The translations under genes were made by a program, and so were the position numbers. The notes under the pieces were generated by a model. The model did no database searches. It was not told where the DNA came from and saw nothing but the letters and a program-made list of their open reading frames with translations. Of a stretch of 64,000 nucleotides of DNA, positions 18,143-28,750 are shown piece after piece (position 1 is the stretch's first letter; each line of letters starts with the position of its first letter). The DNA comes from Abditibacteriaceae bacterium (GTDB lineage: Bacteria > Armatimonadota > Abditibacteriia > Abditibacteriales > Abditibacteriaceae), in the NCBI GenBank assembly GCA_965277285.1, contig OZ255721.1:1216001-1280000 (forward strand), in the 5' to 3' direction.

Positions 18143-19756
18143 CTACTGATTAACGTGCGCCAAAGTCACGTCGTGAAAGTACCATTGAATGATTTGTTGC
18201 GCGTTCCAGCCTTGAAGCGCGTGGTTTTGCGCGCCGCGCTGACACATTCCCGCGCCGTGTCCCCAGCCTGCGCCTTTAAAAATCCACGCCGTGATTTGCT
18301 GGTTGGCGTCGCGTTGCGGAATGACGACAAACGTGGAAGACGGCAGCGCGGTGGTCGAACCCAGGCGACCGGAAAACATCGCGCGAATTTGCGAATCTTT
18401 TTCATAAGTCGCAAACAAACTGGCACCATTTGGATCGTGTCCGACGACTTGCAAGCGTTTAATATGTCCGCTGGGCGAGCGTTCGAGTACTCGAACTTCG
18501 GTGACAATCGCGCCCGCCGCTTTCAAAACGACGGCCATTTGCGCGGGAGTTAAAACGCGCGTCCAGCGGTAGAATTCCGGCAAATCGTTGGCTTGAAAAA
18601 GCGCCGCTGCGTGCGCGTTACTTTGGCGACGAACCGTCAAAGCGCGAATCTCCGAAGTTGAAGGTTGCGCGTAAGAGGGCAAGTTGCGCGTGCAATAAGT
18701 CGCCCATTTCGCTTCTGTCATGCCGCCGCGCAACAATTGTGCGGTTTCGCTATTGGGCGCAAAATCGCGCACGCTTTTCAAATACGCTTCGGGCGTGCCG
18801 CGCCATACATCGTCAGCCGAAGAAGTCAGGCCGCCGCTGTTGGTGCCGTAAACCGCGTCCGCGATATGGCCGTTCTGGATGATGACTTCGCCCGACGTTT
18901 CATCGACGGCACGATTGGTGCGCGCGCTTTCGTTTTCGGTTCCGCTGTAGCCCTGGCAATGATCGTAGTCGCACATATCGAAGCCGTCGAGCGCGTGGCG
19001 TCCATCGGCGATTTTGGCCAGAGTTTCGCTGCGCGCACAAATTGCCTGCGCTTTTAAGGCTTCCATCGGCGCCGTTTTGTCCATTTCCCACGGCACCACG
19101 CCTTTGAGATATTGATCCAGCGTCAGGATATTGACCACGCGCAGCGGACTTTTGTGCATGGCGGGTTCAAAGGAGTACGTTTGCGGCGCGATTTCAAAGT
19201 TGCCGCGATAACCGCGACGACCGCGCGGATCGGCGCCATCGGTCGCAATGCGCGCGATGCCGCTGCTTTGAATGACGGGAACTTGCCAGCCCGCATACGA
19301 CAAACCGCCAGTTTGCACGTTGATATTGCCGCTAAAAGTCGTGCCATGCGCCTGCACGGTGGAAGGTGCGCCCAAGGTGAACAAGATGTTGGTGCCAGCG
19401 GGAATGACGATGCGCCGCCCGTTTTGCGCGCTGTCGGTGACGATCATTTGCCCGTCGGCGACCATCACAATCGGGCCGCCTAAAGTCGTCAAGCCGATGC
19501 GCAAAATGCGACCTTGCGGCTTGGGCGCGACGCGGCGATAAGCAATTAGTTGCGCCACAGGCATCGCTGGCGCAGCAGATGACAATGATGCCGAACGTTG
19601 CACTTTTTGCAGGACGGAAATGGGCGTTGACGCGGTTTGCGGCGTTGTCTTGTGGCTGCGCGGGAAGGCGAAAGTCGCGCCACCGGCAAATGTGAAGAGT
19701 GCTGCCAGCGCGACAAATTTGGTCGAAAAGGTCGAACGTGAAGGGTAAATACGCAT
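18143..19756 (-). CDS. SpoIID/LytB domain peptidoglycan lytic protein
   Basis: YRG, YLKGVVPWEM, EALKAQAICARS, CQGY.G, GAGWGHGAGMCQ.GA, I..YF. Confidence 0.95.
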   Translation of the reverse strand: MRIYPSRSTFSTKFVALAALFTFAGGATFAFPRSHKTTPQTASTPISVLQKVQRSASLSSAAPAMPVAQLIAYRRVAPKPQGRILRIGLTTLGGPIVMVADGQMIVTDSAQNGRRIVIPAGTNILFTLGAPSTVQAHGTTFSGNINVQTGGLSYAGWQVPVIQSSGIARIATDGADPRGRRGYRGNFEIAPQTYSFEPAMHKSPLRVVNILTLDQYLKGVVPWEMDKTAPMEALKAQAICARSETLAKIADGRHALDGFDMCDYDHCQGYSGTENESARTNRAVDETSGEVIIQNGHIADAVYGTNSGGLTSSADDVWRGTPEAYLKSVRDFAPNSETAQLLRGGMTEAKWATYCTRNLPSYAQPSTSEIRALTVRRQSNAHAAALFQANDLPEFYRWTRVLTPAQMAVVLKAAGAIVTEVRVLERSPSGHIKRLQVVGHDPNGASLFATYEKDSQIRAMFSGRLGSTTALPSSTFVVIPQRDANQQITAWIFKGAGWGHGAGMCQRGAQNHALQGWNAQQIIQWYFHDVTLAHVNQ

Positions 19757-19873
19757 GAATCGAGTACTCGAAAACGAAATGAAATGGTGCAGCCGTGCGA
19801 CAAAATATCTTAACACAGCGATGGCGGTTTGGTTATGTTGCCGCGTGCAACCGCGCGCGATACAATAGCGGTT

Positions 19874-20284
19874 ATGCAGTTACTCACGACAGCCCAAATA
19901 TGGACGCGATTCGCTCAATCGGCTTTGCTCACGACCGCCGTTTGTCTCGTCGTGGCATACATCCTTCTCAAAACGACGGGCGTTCCCGCGACTTATCCAC
20001 CATTGCTGCCGCAACAAATTATCGCGGGTACAGTTGGCGGCGCGCTGCTCGTCACGCTGGGCTACTGGCTTTTGACTGCGTTCGTCCGTGACCCGAAAAC
20101 CCTCAACATCATTTTCGTTGTCGCTGGCATCGTTTTGTTGATCGCTTCCTACCATTTGCCTTATCGCTTGAGCTATACCAAGTCGCCACGTTTCGCGGGT
20201 GTCACAATGGCCGCGCAAATCGGCCAGGGATTTTTGCACACTTTGGTCGTTGGCTTGAGCTGTTTCTGCTTTCTGCGCAAATAA
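19874..20284 (+). CDS. Small integral membrane protein (4 TM)
   Basis: ATG 19874; four hydrophobic segments. Confidence 0.7.
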   Translation: MQLLTTAQIWTRFAQSALLTTAVCLVVAYILLKTTGVPATYPPLLPQQIIAGTVGGALLVTLGYWLLTAFVRDPKTLNIIFVVAGIVLLIASYHLPYRLSYTKSPRFAGVTMAAQIGQGFLHTLVVGLSCFCFLRK

Positions 20285-20354
20285 AATCGTCTCGAGATGC
20301 CTTCAATTTCCTTCAACATTATCGCTTAGGATCGTTCAAACCAAGCCGCAACTT

Positions 20355-21464
20355 ATGCAGAAATCTAAAACGAGCCGAGCCACCAAACAAAATAACGCCG
20401 CGCAACATAACGCGATTGCTCCATCAAAGGACGACAAGCCAATCGACGATAAACCGTTGGTGGACGGCACGGTTTTGCGCGCTTTCAGCGGGCTGTATGA
20501 AGTCGATGTACGTTCGTCGGGTGATGATTCGAGTACTCAATCGACAGCTGAGTTTCAAAAACAAAACGAGACTTCGCAATCCGCCGACATTTTGTTGTGT
20601 ACGGTTAGCGGCAAATTGAAGAAAGGCAAGCGAACTTTGGCGCAGCCAGTTTCGGTTGGTGACCGCGTGCGCGTTCGAGTACTCGAAACCAGTGGCGCCG
20701 ATGCGCGCGGTCGCCTTTTGCGCGAAGGTTACATCGAAGAAATTCGACCGCGCACGTCGGTTCTGGCACGTTCGCGCACCAATAAAGCCGATCAAGTTAC
20801 GGTCGCCAATCTCGATCAGGCGATCGTCGTGATGTCACTGCGCGAACCCGAACTCAATACACACCGGCTGGATCGCTTTCTGGTTTTGGCCGAAGCCTCC
20901 GAACTCAAAGCGGTGATTTGTCTCAACAAAGCCGATTTGGTGCCCAAGCGCAGCCTCAAAAAAGAAACCAAACATTTGATTGATTTATACGGTGGATTAG
21001 GTTATCCCGTGGTTTTGACTTCAGCGGAAAAGGACGACGGAGTGGAAGAATTGCGCGAACAATTGCGCGATCATTTGTCAGCGGTTTTGGGTTCGTCCGG
21101 CGTCGGCAAATCGTCTTTGATTAACGCGGTGCAGCCTGGCTTGCATTTGTGGGTCGGCGACGTGATGGAAATTGGCAAAGGTCGTCACACCACGACGGAC
21201 GTTTCGCTGCATCGCTTGAACAAAGGCGGCTACATCGCCGACACGCCGGGCATTAAAACTGTGACGCTGCTCGAGCGCGATGATGTGAATCTGGCGCAAT
21301 GTTTCCCCGAATTTCGGCCTTTTGAAAACGCTTGTCGCTTCAACAACTGCACGCACTTGCACGAACCGGGTTGCGCCGTTCGCGCCGCTGTCGAAGGCAA
21401 AAAAATCAACGCCGCGCGTTATGAAAGTTATCGCCGCATGAGCGAAGAAAAAGAAGACGATTGA
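20355..21464 (+). CDS. rsgA: Ribosome small subunit-dependent GTPase A
   Basis: VGDRV, ANLDQ, NKADL, GSSGVGKSSLIN, GRHTTT, DTPG, CRF.NC.H..EPGC zinc finger. Confidence 0.98.
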   Translation: MQKSKTSRATKQNNAAQHNAIAPSKDDKPIDDKPLVDGTVLRAFSGLYEVDVRSSGDDSSTQSTAEFQKQNETSQSADILLCTVSGKLKKGKRTLAQPVSVGDRVRVRVLETSGADARGRLLREGYIEEIRPRTSVLARSRTNKADQVTVANLDQAIVVMSLREPELNTHRLDRFLVLAEASELKAVICLNKADLVPKRSLKKETKHLIDLYGGLGYPVVLTSAEKDDGVEELREQLRDHLSAVLGSSGVGKSSLINAVQPGLHLWVGDVMEIGKGRHTTTDVSLHRLNKGGYIADTPGIKTVTLLERDDVNLAQCFPEFRPFENACRFNNCTHLHEPGCAVRAAVEGKKINAARYESYRRMSEEKEDD

Positions 21465-21773
21465 AGCAATCTAAAGAGTGGCGGGCAAAAATCCGGCGCT
21501 TAACTTCTCTCAATCACACCAATTTATCGCAGTGGCAATTTCGTCGAATTCCTTTCAAATTGACACGCTTTCTTTTCAATTGGCCAAAAGCGTGAACGAT
21601 ATAAATGCAAACTCTGCGCTAATATCGGTATCAGCGATGGAAGTTTCGTTCAAAAGGAGAAGATTCGAGTACTCGAGGGCGTTATGAGAGCGTTATAAAG
21701 AAGGGCAAAAGCGGCAAAAAAACAAGCATTCTTACTTTGAAATAAGAATGCCTGTCGGTCGAATTTTCGGAGG

Positions 21774-21989
21774 TTATTCGTAGTCTTCGAGATCGGGTTC
21801 CTGGCTGGGGCGCAACAGTTTGTTGTAAAGCCCCAGATTGAGGATGGTTGGCGCCCACAATCCAACAAAGATTCCGGCTTCCTTGCGGCCCGTGAAATAC
21901 AAACACAACGACAGCACAATCGATCCGGCGACGCCACCATAATAAACGCTGCTGGGCAGGTTCTCGATGCTTTCCAAGATTTCGTCCAT
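21774..21989 (-). CDS. Small membrane protein
   Basis: ATG 21989 after AAGGGG; SIVLSLCLY...GIFVGLWAPTIL.LGLYNKL hairpin. Confidence 0.75.
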   Translation of the reverse strand: MDEILESIENLPSSVYYGGVAGSIVLSLCLYFTGRKEAGIFVGLWAPTILNLGLYNKLLRPSQEPDLEDYE

Positions 21990-22282
21990 GTAATTTCCCC
22001 TTATCGTTTCCGCGCGTTCCTTGGGCAAATAAAATGCCTTGGTTTGGCGCTCGAGGGAAGCCACGAAAGAAGTCGCAACGGTACATCGAGTACTCGATAT
22101 ACAGGTTTATGATTGCCCACAGACAACGTTAAAGCAAAACAATAACGCAAGTTTTGCACAGATGCGAAGCACCATTGTTTATGAAGCACCATTGTTTATA
22201 TGTTTGCAATTCAAGTAGAACCCGATGTTTTTGGCTGTAACGATTGCGCCGTGTTAGAAACGTCGCGTTGGTCCTGATTTGT

Positions 22283-25200
22283 ATGAACACTTATTCTCTC
22301 CTGATGGCAATCGCGATGACGCCGCTTCCGGGCGCGATTTTTCTTTGCGCGGTTTCTTGGATTACGGCGGGCGTTTGTGCTTATTATGGCTTGCGCGACG
22401 CTGCGCAGCGTGACGCGTCCGGCCAGGCGTCGAGCGGTGAAGCAGCGCGGAACTTCACGGCCAGTTACTCGATGTTGCAAGGCGCCCGCGTTCTGCGCGA
22501 TGAGCGCACGGCTCGCATCGGTTGGCTGTTTATTGTCGCGGCTTTGCTGCTGCGCGGCGCGTGCGCGTTGCTTGCCTTAAGCGAGGAACGCTTTCTCCAC
22601 GCTTTATTCGCTTTTTGTCTGATTGCCATTCCTATGCTGTGCAGCGTTGGACTATTTAATCTTCTGGCGCCCTGCTTCCAAGGAGATGAAGCTGAACAAG
22701 AAGAAGGCGATGGCGAGTACGCTGAGGCAACGCAAAAACCGTTGATGCCCGCAGATGCCGAAGCTCAACACGCTTTGCCGCTGGCGCGCGTTCTGGATCG
22801 TATGACGCCGCGCGAGCGTTCTTTGACTTTGAGCGCCTTCGATGCCTTTATCCTGGGCGGTTCGGTCGCCGCTCTCACCTGGTGGTTGTGGGGCAGCCGC
22901 AGTGCTCTTGCCACTTTGACGCCACAGGCTTCGCTCACCGGCGTGATGCGCGACATGGCGACCGTCCTCTGGTTTGTCAACGCCGCCTGGATCGCTCTCA
23001 ACTTTCCAACGCTCGCACAATCGCGGCTTGGCCTGCTTTTGCCAGACGCGGCACTCTCGACAACAGCTTTCTCGACAACAGCTTTCTCGACAACAATTAT
23101 TTCGCCAACAAGCGCACCTGCAGAAACCGTAACTCCATCCGCGACCTTGTGGCAAGCGCGCCAGAACGCGCTTAAGCCGGTTTGGACGGCGTTGTTGGCT
23201 GGCTCGTTGATCTTTGGATTGGTCAGCGCTCACCTCAACAGCCGCACGCCCATCGCTAATGTGGGCGCGAACGTCATGCCGCTTTTCGACACGCTTTTGC
23301 TGGCTGCCGCCGCTTTATGCTACGCCGCCGCCGCGTGGTATCTCGTTCCAGATGAAGTGACGGCAAGCAACGTCCAGGCCAACACGCAAGAACCCGGCAG
23401 CAGGGAAATGGCATCCTCGGAAATTGACGTTCAGGAAGCGGCCAGCGTTGATACCGGCGCACCGATGTTGCAGGCCGCTTTTCAAGTCGCGCGCAACTTT
23501 CTGACGTTGCTTCTGCCGTGCGCGGCGGCGGCGGCGGGAACCTGGTACGCAGTTCACAGTCGAACGCAGCTTCCGCCGGGCGCTGTTCATGGCAATGCGC
23601 TATCGGGCGCCGAAGTTTGGTGGGATGCCTTGCTGTTGCTGTGCGCATCGCTGCGTCACTTGTCGTTGAGCTTGTATGAAAACCTTTACTCGTCGCGCCA
23701 GTCGCAAACTTTGCAGCGCTCGGTGACAGCCTTACGCGAAGAAGTCACCTGGCGCACGCAACAATTAACGACGCTGCACTCGGTCAGCGCCGATTTGAAC
23801 AACACGCTGAGCCACGAACAAGTGCTCAACCTCGCCTTGCAGCGCTTGATGGAAGCCGTGCGCGCCGATGCCGGAGCCGTCTGGCTGCTGAGCAACTTCG
23901 AGCAAATCGCCGCTGATAGAACGGGCGAATCGCGGAGCGCAACGTCCGTTGGCGAAGAACAAAAACGCCGTAAAAGTGAACGCGAGAACGGCGGCAACCG
24001 AGCTGGCAACGGCGCAGTTTTTAACGCTTCAAGTGCGTCTCCATCTACGAAATCGAGTACTCAATCGGCTGGAGCCAAAGCCGTAGCGCCACGCCTGAAC
24101 CTGCTCGATGTCTTTGATTCCGAGCAACAAAACGCACGAGTTCATCCGGCTCCGCAAGCTATCCTCAAAACCACAACCAGCACGGAAGAACAAGCCGAAC
24201 CTTCCCTCGAAGTGATGACGCGTGGCAAAAAGCGACTCAACGCCGCGATCCAACATTTTCATGCTCTGCACGAGCTGGCTTCAACGGAAGGCGAAGAATC
24301 GGCAAACTCGGGTGTCGATTTCGCCCTGCGTTCTGGTGACAACGCAGACGACGCTCGACAAAAATCGCCGGATCACGCATCTACGGGCTCGCTCAACAGT
24401 ACGTTGTCGCTGGATGTCTCCGGTCACGGTTTGCGGCGCAATCGCCCTCTGCACAGTAGTTTTCGCAGCGACAACGAAGACGGCGAAGACGACGCAGACA
24501 CCTCGAGCGCCTTGATAGAACTCGAAGGCGACGGCGTTTACGTCAGCGGGCCGCTGGGAGATTGGGGAACCTTTGTCGCCAGTAGCACAGCCGTTGCCGA
24601 CAGCGACACAGCCAGCAATCCGGTCGTTCACCGTGTCAGCCACACGCGCGATACGTACAAAATGCGCGCCACAAATGAGGCCGCCTCTCCATTAGCCAAG
24701 GCTGCGCTTCCCGCCTCAGACACTCAGCCCCAAGACACTCAGCCTGAAAAAAACTCCACCGAAAAAAGTCGCCCTTCTTCCAGCCAGGACGCGCCTTCAG
24801 CCAGGTTTGTTGACGCCAAGAATACGTCGGTCGAAAACGAGACGTCCAATGGAGTACTCGATGATTCGGCTTTTGTGCATCGCAACTGGCGTTTGGTGCG
24901 CGCCACAGGTTACAACACGCCAGCGACGAATCGCACGCTCGAAGCGATGAATCGCGCTCTGGAAGAAGGCGGCATTGTAAAGTGCGCTCGTTTGTCGGCG
25001 AGTTGGTTTGGCACGATTGGCGATGTTCACCTGGCGACGATTCGCTGGCACGGCGAAATCGTCGGCGTGTTGAGCGTGACTTCGCGCAAGCGTCATTTTC
25101 AAAACGCGGATCGCCGCTTGCTGGAAGCTTTGGCATCTGAAGTCAGCGGCGCCTTGCGCAATTCGTATATTTATCAACAAGCGCGGCGCTGGGCTGAACG

Positions 25201-26497
25201 CGACAGTGTGACCAATCTTTTCAACCACCGCGCGATGCAAGAAAAACTGGGACAGGAACTGGTTCACGCGCGCAATCGCGGCAGCGAAGTCACCGTCGTG
25301 ATGATGGACTTGAACAACTTCAAGTTTTTCAACGACACGTACGGCCATCCCGTCGGAGATCAAGTACTCGTTACCGTCGCGCAGTGCTTGCGCGAATCCT
25401 GCCGCACCATGGACATTATCGGGCGCTACGGCGGCGACGAATTTATCGCGGTTCTGCCCAATACCAGCACGGCGGAAGCGCTGGAGATTTGTCGTCGTAT
25501 CGAAGAATGTGTCGAAACCCAGCCCTACAGCGAAGGCGGCGATGAAGAAAGGCGCATTCCCATCGGCTTGTCGTTTGGCGCTGCGGTTTACCCACACGAT
25601 GGCAAATCACCGCTCGAACTTCTCACCGTGGCCGACGCGCACCTTTATGACGCCAAGCGCGGAGGTTCGCCGCTCGCGCAAATCATCGACACCGAAGAAA
25701 CCAAGGAGTTGCGCAAGCTCAAAGATATGACGGTCGGCGGCTCGTTTAGCGTACTCGATGCGCTGGTGACGGCGATTGACAACAAAGATCATTACACGCG
25801 GCGCCACAGCGAAGACGTGATGCACTGGGCCGTTTTGATGGGACGCGAACTGAATTTTTCCGAGGAAGTCCTGCGCGCCGTGCGCGTCAGCGGCCTGTTG
25901 CACGATGTCGGAAAAATCGCTGTTCCCGATGCCATTCTGCGCAAGCCCGGGCGCCTGGACGACGAAGAATCCGCCATTTTACAGCAACATCCGAACTTTG
26001 GCACCTTGATAGTGAAAGATGTGCCTCATCTGCCCGAAGTGCTGGGCGGCATTCGCCATCATCACGAGCGGTTTGACGGCAAAGGCTATCCCGACAAGTT
26101 GGGTGGCGAAGAAATTCCGATGATGGGACGTCTGCTCGCCGTGCCCGATTGCTTTTCAGCCATGACGACGAACCGGCCTTACCGCAAAGCCCTGACCTGG
26201 GCCGAAGCTCTCGCTGAAATCGAGCGCGGCATCGGCACGCAGTTCGATCCACAAATGGCTGCCGCCTTTCTCGAAGTAATGGCGCGCATTATCGCTGAAC
26301 AAAATAAGCCGCCCACAAACGGCACATCCGCGAACGGCACATCCGCGAACGGCACATCCGCGAACGATGCCCGCACCAACAACACCTCGACAGGCCGTGC
26401 CTCCGCAAACGGCAAAACTTCTGGCGTCAAAACAAAACCCAAAAACGGACGTGTCGATTTGGAAGACCCGACCTTTCCTTCCGCTTACGCACCGTGA
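22283..26497 (+). CDS. Membrane-anchored GAF-GGDEF-HD-GYP cyclic-di-GMP signalling protein (start uncertain, 22244-22304)
   Basis: Multi-TM N-terminus; D.VT.LFN, DLNNFK.FND.YGH..GD, RTMD I-site, RYGGDEF; HS, LHDVGK, HHERFDGKGYP. Confidence 0.93.
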   Translation: MNTYSLLMAIAMTPLPGAIFLCAVSWITAGVCAYYGLRDAAQRDASGQASSGEAARNFTASYSMLQGARVLRDERTARIGWLFIVAALLLRGACALLALSEERFLHALFAFCLIAIPMLCSVGLFNLLAPCFQGDEAEQEEGDGEYAEATQKPLMPADAEAQHALPLARVLDRMTPRERSLTLSAFDAFILGGSVAALTWWLWGSRSALATLTPQASLTGVMRDMATVLWFVNAAWIALNFPTLAQSRLGLLLPDAALSTTAFSTTAFSTTIISPTSAPAETVTPSATLWQARQNALKPVWTALLAGSLIFGLVSAHLNSRTPIANVGANVMPLFDTLLLAAAALCYAAAAWYLVPDEVTASNVQANTQEPGSREMASSEIDVQEAASVDTGAPMLQAAFQVARNFLTLLLPCAAAAAGTWYAVHSRTQLPPGAVHGNALSGAEVWWDALLLLCASLRHLSLSLYENLYSSRQSQTLQRSVTALREEVTWRTQQLTTLHSVSADLNNTLSHEQVLNLALQRLMEAVRADAGAVWLLSNFEQIAADRTGESRSATSVGEEQKRRKSERENGGNRAGNGAVFNASSASPSTKSSTQSAGAKAVAPRLNLLDVFDSEQQNARVHPAPQAILKTTTSTEEQAEPSLEVMTRGKKRLNAAIQHFHALHELASTEGEESANSGVDFALRSGDNADDARQKSPDHASTGSLNSTLSLDVSGHGLRRNRPLHSSFRSDNEDGEDDADTSSALIELEGDGVYVSGPLGDWGTFVASSTAVADSDTASNPVVHRVSHTRDTYKMRATNEAASPLAKAALPASDTQPQDTQPEKNSTEKSRPSSSQDAPSARFVDAKNTSVENETSNGVLDDSAFVHRNWRLVRATGYNTPATNRTLEAMNRALEEGGIVKCARLSASWFGTIGDVHLATIRWHGEIVGVLSVTSRKRHFQNADRRLLEALASEVSGALRNSYIYQQARRWAERDSVTNLFNHRAMQEKLGQELVHARNRGSEVTVVMMDLNNFKFFNDTYGHPVGDQVLVTVAQCLRESCRTMDIIGRYGGDEFIAVLPNTSTAEALEICRRIEECVETQPYSEGGDEERRIPIGLSFGAAVYPHDGKSPLELLTVADAHLYDAKRGGSPLAQIIDTEETKELRKLKDMTVGGSFSVLDALVTAIDNKDHYTRRHSEDVMHWAVLMGRELNFSEEVLRAVRVSGLLHDVGKIAVPDAILRKPGRLDDEESAILQQHPNFGTLIVKDVPHLPEVLGGIRHHHERFDGKGYPDKLGGEEIPMMGRLLAVPDCFSAMTTNRPYRKALTWAEALAEIERGIGTQFDPQMAAAFLEVMARIIAEQNKPPTNGTSANGTSANGTSANDARTNNTSTGRASANGKTSGVKTKPKNGRVDLEDPTFPSAYAP

Positions 26498-26583
26498 GTT
26501 TTTGAAGCCGATTAGCAAATCCACGCGCAGAACCTTCACCGAGCGCTACTTTGCATCGCATCGAGTACTCGATCTCTCAACAC

Positions 26584-27012
26584 TTATACTTCCTGGCGAA
26601 AGCTCATCTGGAAGTCAACGCAAATCACGTCAATCACATCGTCGTAAGTGGCAAACGCATAATGCTTGTGTTCCGTCGTCACTTTGCCTGTCGTAATCAT
26701 TTTCGCCTGCCAACGTGAATGCAAAACTTCGTCGAATTCACTGGCGAAATTGCGCTCGTGATGAAAGTGCAGCCACGAATCGAGTTCGAGTACGGAAAAC
26801 GCCATCACGCCGCGAAAGGTGATCGAATAAAACACTTCATCTTTGTCTGCTTGCGCCCTCACATCTTTCATAAAGCGATTGGTGAGGCATAAACCGCCGC
26901 GCAGCATGAGTGTGTTTTCCTCACAATCAAAATCGAAGAAATCGAGGGAAAGTGAAGTGCGACCTTGAATGACACCAAACTTTGTTTCAACTGGCTGGCA
27001 GATTTCGTCCAT
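26584..27012 (-). CDS. Hypothetical orphan protein
   Basis: 142-aa ATG ORF between convergent gene and REP; protein-like composition (HYAFATYDDVIDVIC). Confidence 0.7.
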   Translation of the reverse strand: MDEICQPVETKFGVIQGRTSLSLDFFDFDCEENTLMLRGGLCLTNRFMKDVRAQADKDEVFYSITFRGVMAFSVLELDSWLHFHHERNFASEFDEVLHSRWQAKMITTGKVTTEHKHYAFATYDDVIDVICVDFQMSFRQEV

Positions 27013-27067
27013 CGTTAAGAATCCGTTGGTCGTATCTCAAGTGGCGAGATAAATCGAATCTATCAAA

Positions 27068-27153
27068 GAAAGAACCCCGAGCGTCAGCGACAAGTGAAAT
27101 GTTGAAGAACAAACTCTTACGTTTCACTTGTCGCTGACGCTCGGGGTTCTTTC
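27068..27153. repeat. REP-like inverted repeat, family A
   Basis: gaaagaaccccgagcgtcagcgacaagtgaaa ... tttcacttgtcgctgacgctcggggttctttc. Confidence 0.92.
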
Positions 27154-27189
27154 AATCGACTCACGCGATTGCGCCATTGCTAAACCGTT

Positions 27190-28167
27190 TTAGTTTTGTG
27201 CGAGCAGAAATGCTTCGACTTCGCTCTTCGTGGGCAAAGATGGAATGGCGCCCACTTTCTGGGTGGCAAGCGCGCCGCATGCGTTGGCGAAACGAACGGC
27301 TTCACGCAAAGCGTGCTCGTTCAAGGCGTCATCGAGTACTGGATATTGCAGCAATTGATGCAGCAGGCCCGACACAAAACTGTCACCGGCGCCTAAAGTA
27401 TCAACGGCGTGCGCCGAAAAACCCGCAACTTCGCCTTCGACGACGTGTCCATCCGGCATTTCCGCGTTAAAGTAAGCGCCATCGGCACCGCGTGTGACCA
27501 CAACCAACCTCGGCCCAAAGCGACGAATTTTTTGCGCGCCTTCGGAAAAGTCCGTGGTTCCCGTCACGAATTCCCATTCTTCGTCGGCGATTTTGACGAC
27601 ATCGCTGAGCGACATCATCAAAGTGATCAAGTCGCCCGCAAGTTCGTGATCGTACCACACACCAGGTCGCCAATTCGGGTCGAAAGAAATCAGCAAGCCG
27701 CGTTCGCGCGCCATTTCCGCCGCGTGATATTGCGCTTCACGACACGGGCTTTGCGAAAGCGACACGCTGCCGCAATGAAATAAACGCGCGCCCTCGAACA
27801 TCATGGGACGAATTTCAGCCGCGTTGAGCATCACGTCCGCGCCCGGATTGCGATAAAAACAAATGTCCTTGCGCCCATCGCTGCGCGTGGCGACAAACGC
27901 CATCGTGGTGCGCGCGATCTCGCTTTGCAACAAATACGCTGTGTCAACGCCTTCGCGCGCCACCGTTTCAATCAGGAAATCGCCGAATGGGTCTTGCCCG
28001 ACTTGCCCGATGAAGCGGCTCGTCATGCCCAGGCGCGACAAGCCGACCGCGACATTGGCGGGCGCGCCGCCCGGCGCTTTGAGAAAACGGGGCGCGTCTC
28101 GCAGCGAAGCATCGGCCTCGCCAACCATATCCACTAACAATTCACCGAAACACACCACATCCGCCAT
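27190..28167 (-). CDS. PfkB family carbohydrate kinase (fructokinase-like)
   Basis: CFGELLVD, PGGAPANVAVG, SFDPNWR, VDTLGAGDSF, ANACGA....GA. Confidence 0.96.
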   Translation of the reverse strand: MADVVCFGELLVDMVGEADASLRDAPRFLKAPGGAPANVAVGLSRLGMTSRFIGQVGQDPFGDFLIETVAREGVDTAYLLQSEIARTTMAFVATRSDGRKDICFYRNPGADVMLNAAEIRPMMFEGARLFHCGSVSLSQSPCREAQYHAAEMARERGLLISFDPNWRPGVWYDHELAGDLITLMMSLSDVVKIADEEWEFVTGTTDFSEGAQKIRRFGPRLVVVTRGADGAYFNAEMPDGHVVEGEVAGFSAHAVDTLGAGDSFVSGLLHQLLQYPVLDDALNEHALREAVRFANACGALATQKVGAIPSLPTKSEVEAFLLAQN

Positions 28168-28309
28168 CTTCTTTTCTCCCGCAAACACGCCAAATTATAG
28201 CAAGTTGCCAATCCGCAACTGCCTTTTATCATTTGCGACAAAGGGCTGTCCACATTTTAGCCGATTCGCGCGATATGATAAAGTCAAAAGAACATTTCAA
28301 GGAGAAAAC

Positions 28310-28717
28310 ATGAATAAAGTCCCATTGAAAGTCCAGGCGCGCGGCTGTTTTATCGCGTTCGGCTTGCTACTTACAACCGTTCATTCGGTTCAGGCACGCA
28401 GCGGGCTGGCTTCTTACGACCAACACACGGGCGCCTTTGTCACCGCCGCGCGCTATGAACCGCGTGGCGCTTTGCTCAACGTGATGAATCCGCGCACGGG
28501 ACGCTCGATTCTGGTGCGCGTGACGGATCGCGGCCCTTTCAATGGCAATCGAGTACTCGATTTATCAACCGGCGCTTTTCGCGCGCTTTTTGGCGGCTTG
28601 GGACGCGGCACGGGACGCGTTTCCTACCAAGTCGTCAGCAGTGGCGGCGCTTCTGAACGCCGCAGTCAACGCAGCGCTTACAGGCGCCGTCATCGTCGCG
28701 CGCGTCACCATCGTTGA
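28310..28717 (+). CDS. RlpA-like double-psi beta-barrel protein with Arg-rich tail
   Basis: AGGAG RBS; G.ASY, TAA, V.N..TGRSI.VRVTDRGPF..NRVLDLS..AF. Confidence 0.88.
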   Translation: MNKVPLKVQARGCFIAFGLLLTTVHSVQARSGLASYDQHTGAFVTAARYEPRGALLNVMNPRTGRSILVRVTDRGPFNGNRVLDLSTGAFRALFGGLGRGTGRVSYQVVSSGGASERRSQRSAYRRRHRRARHHR

Positions 28718-28750
28718 CCACATTATCGTTGACCACGTTCCGATAACGCT

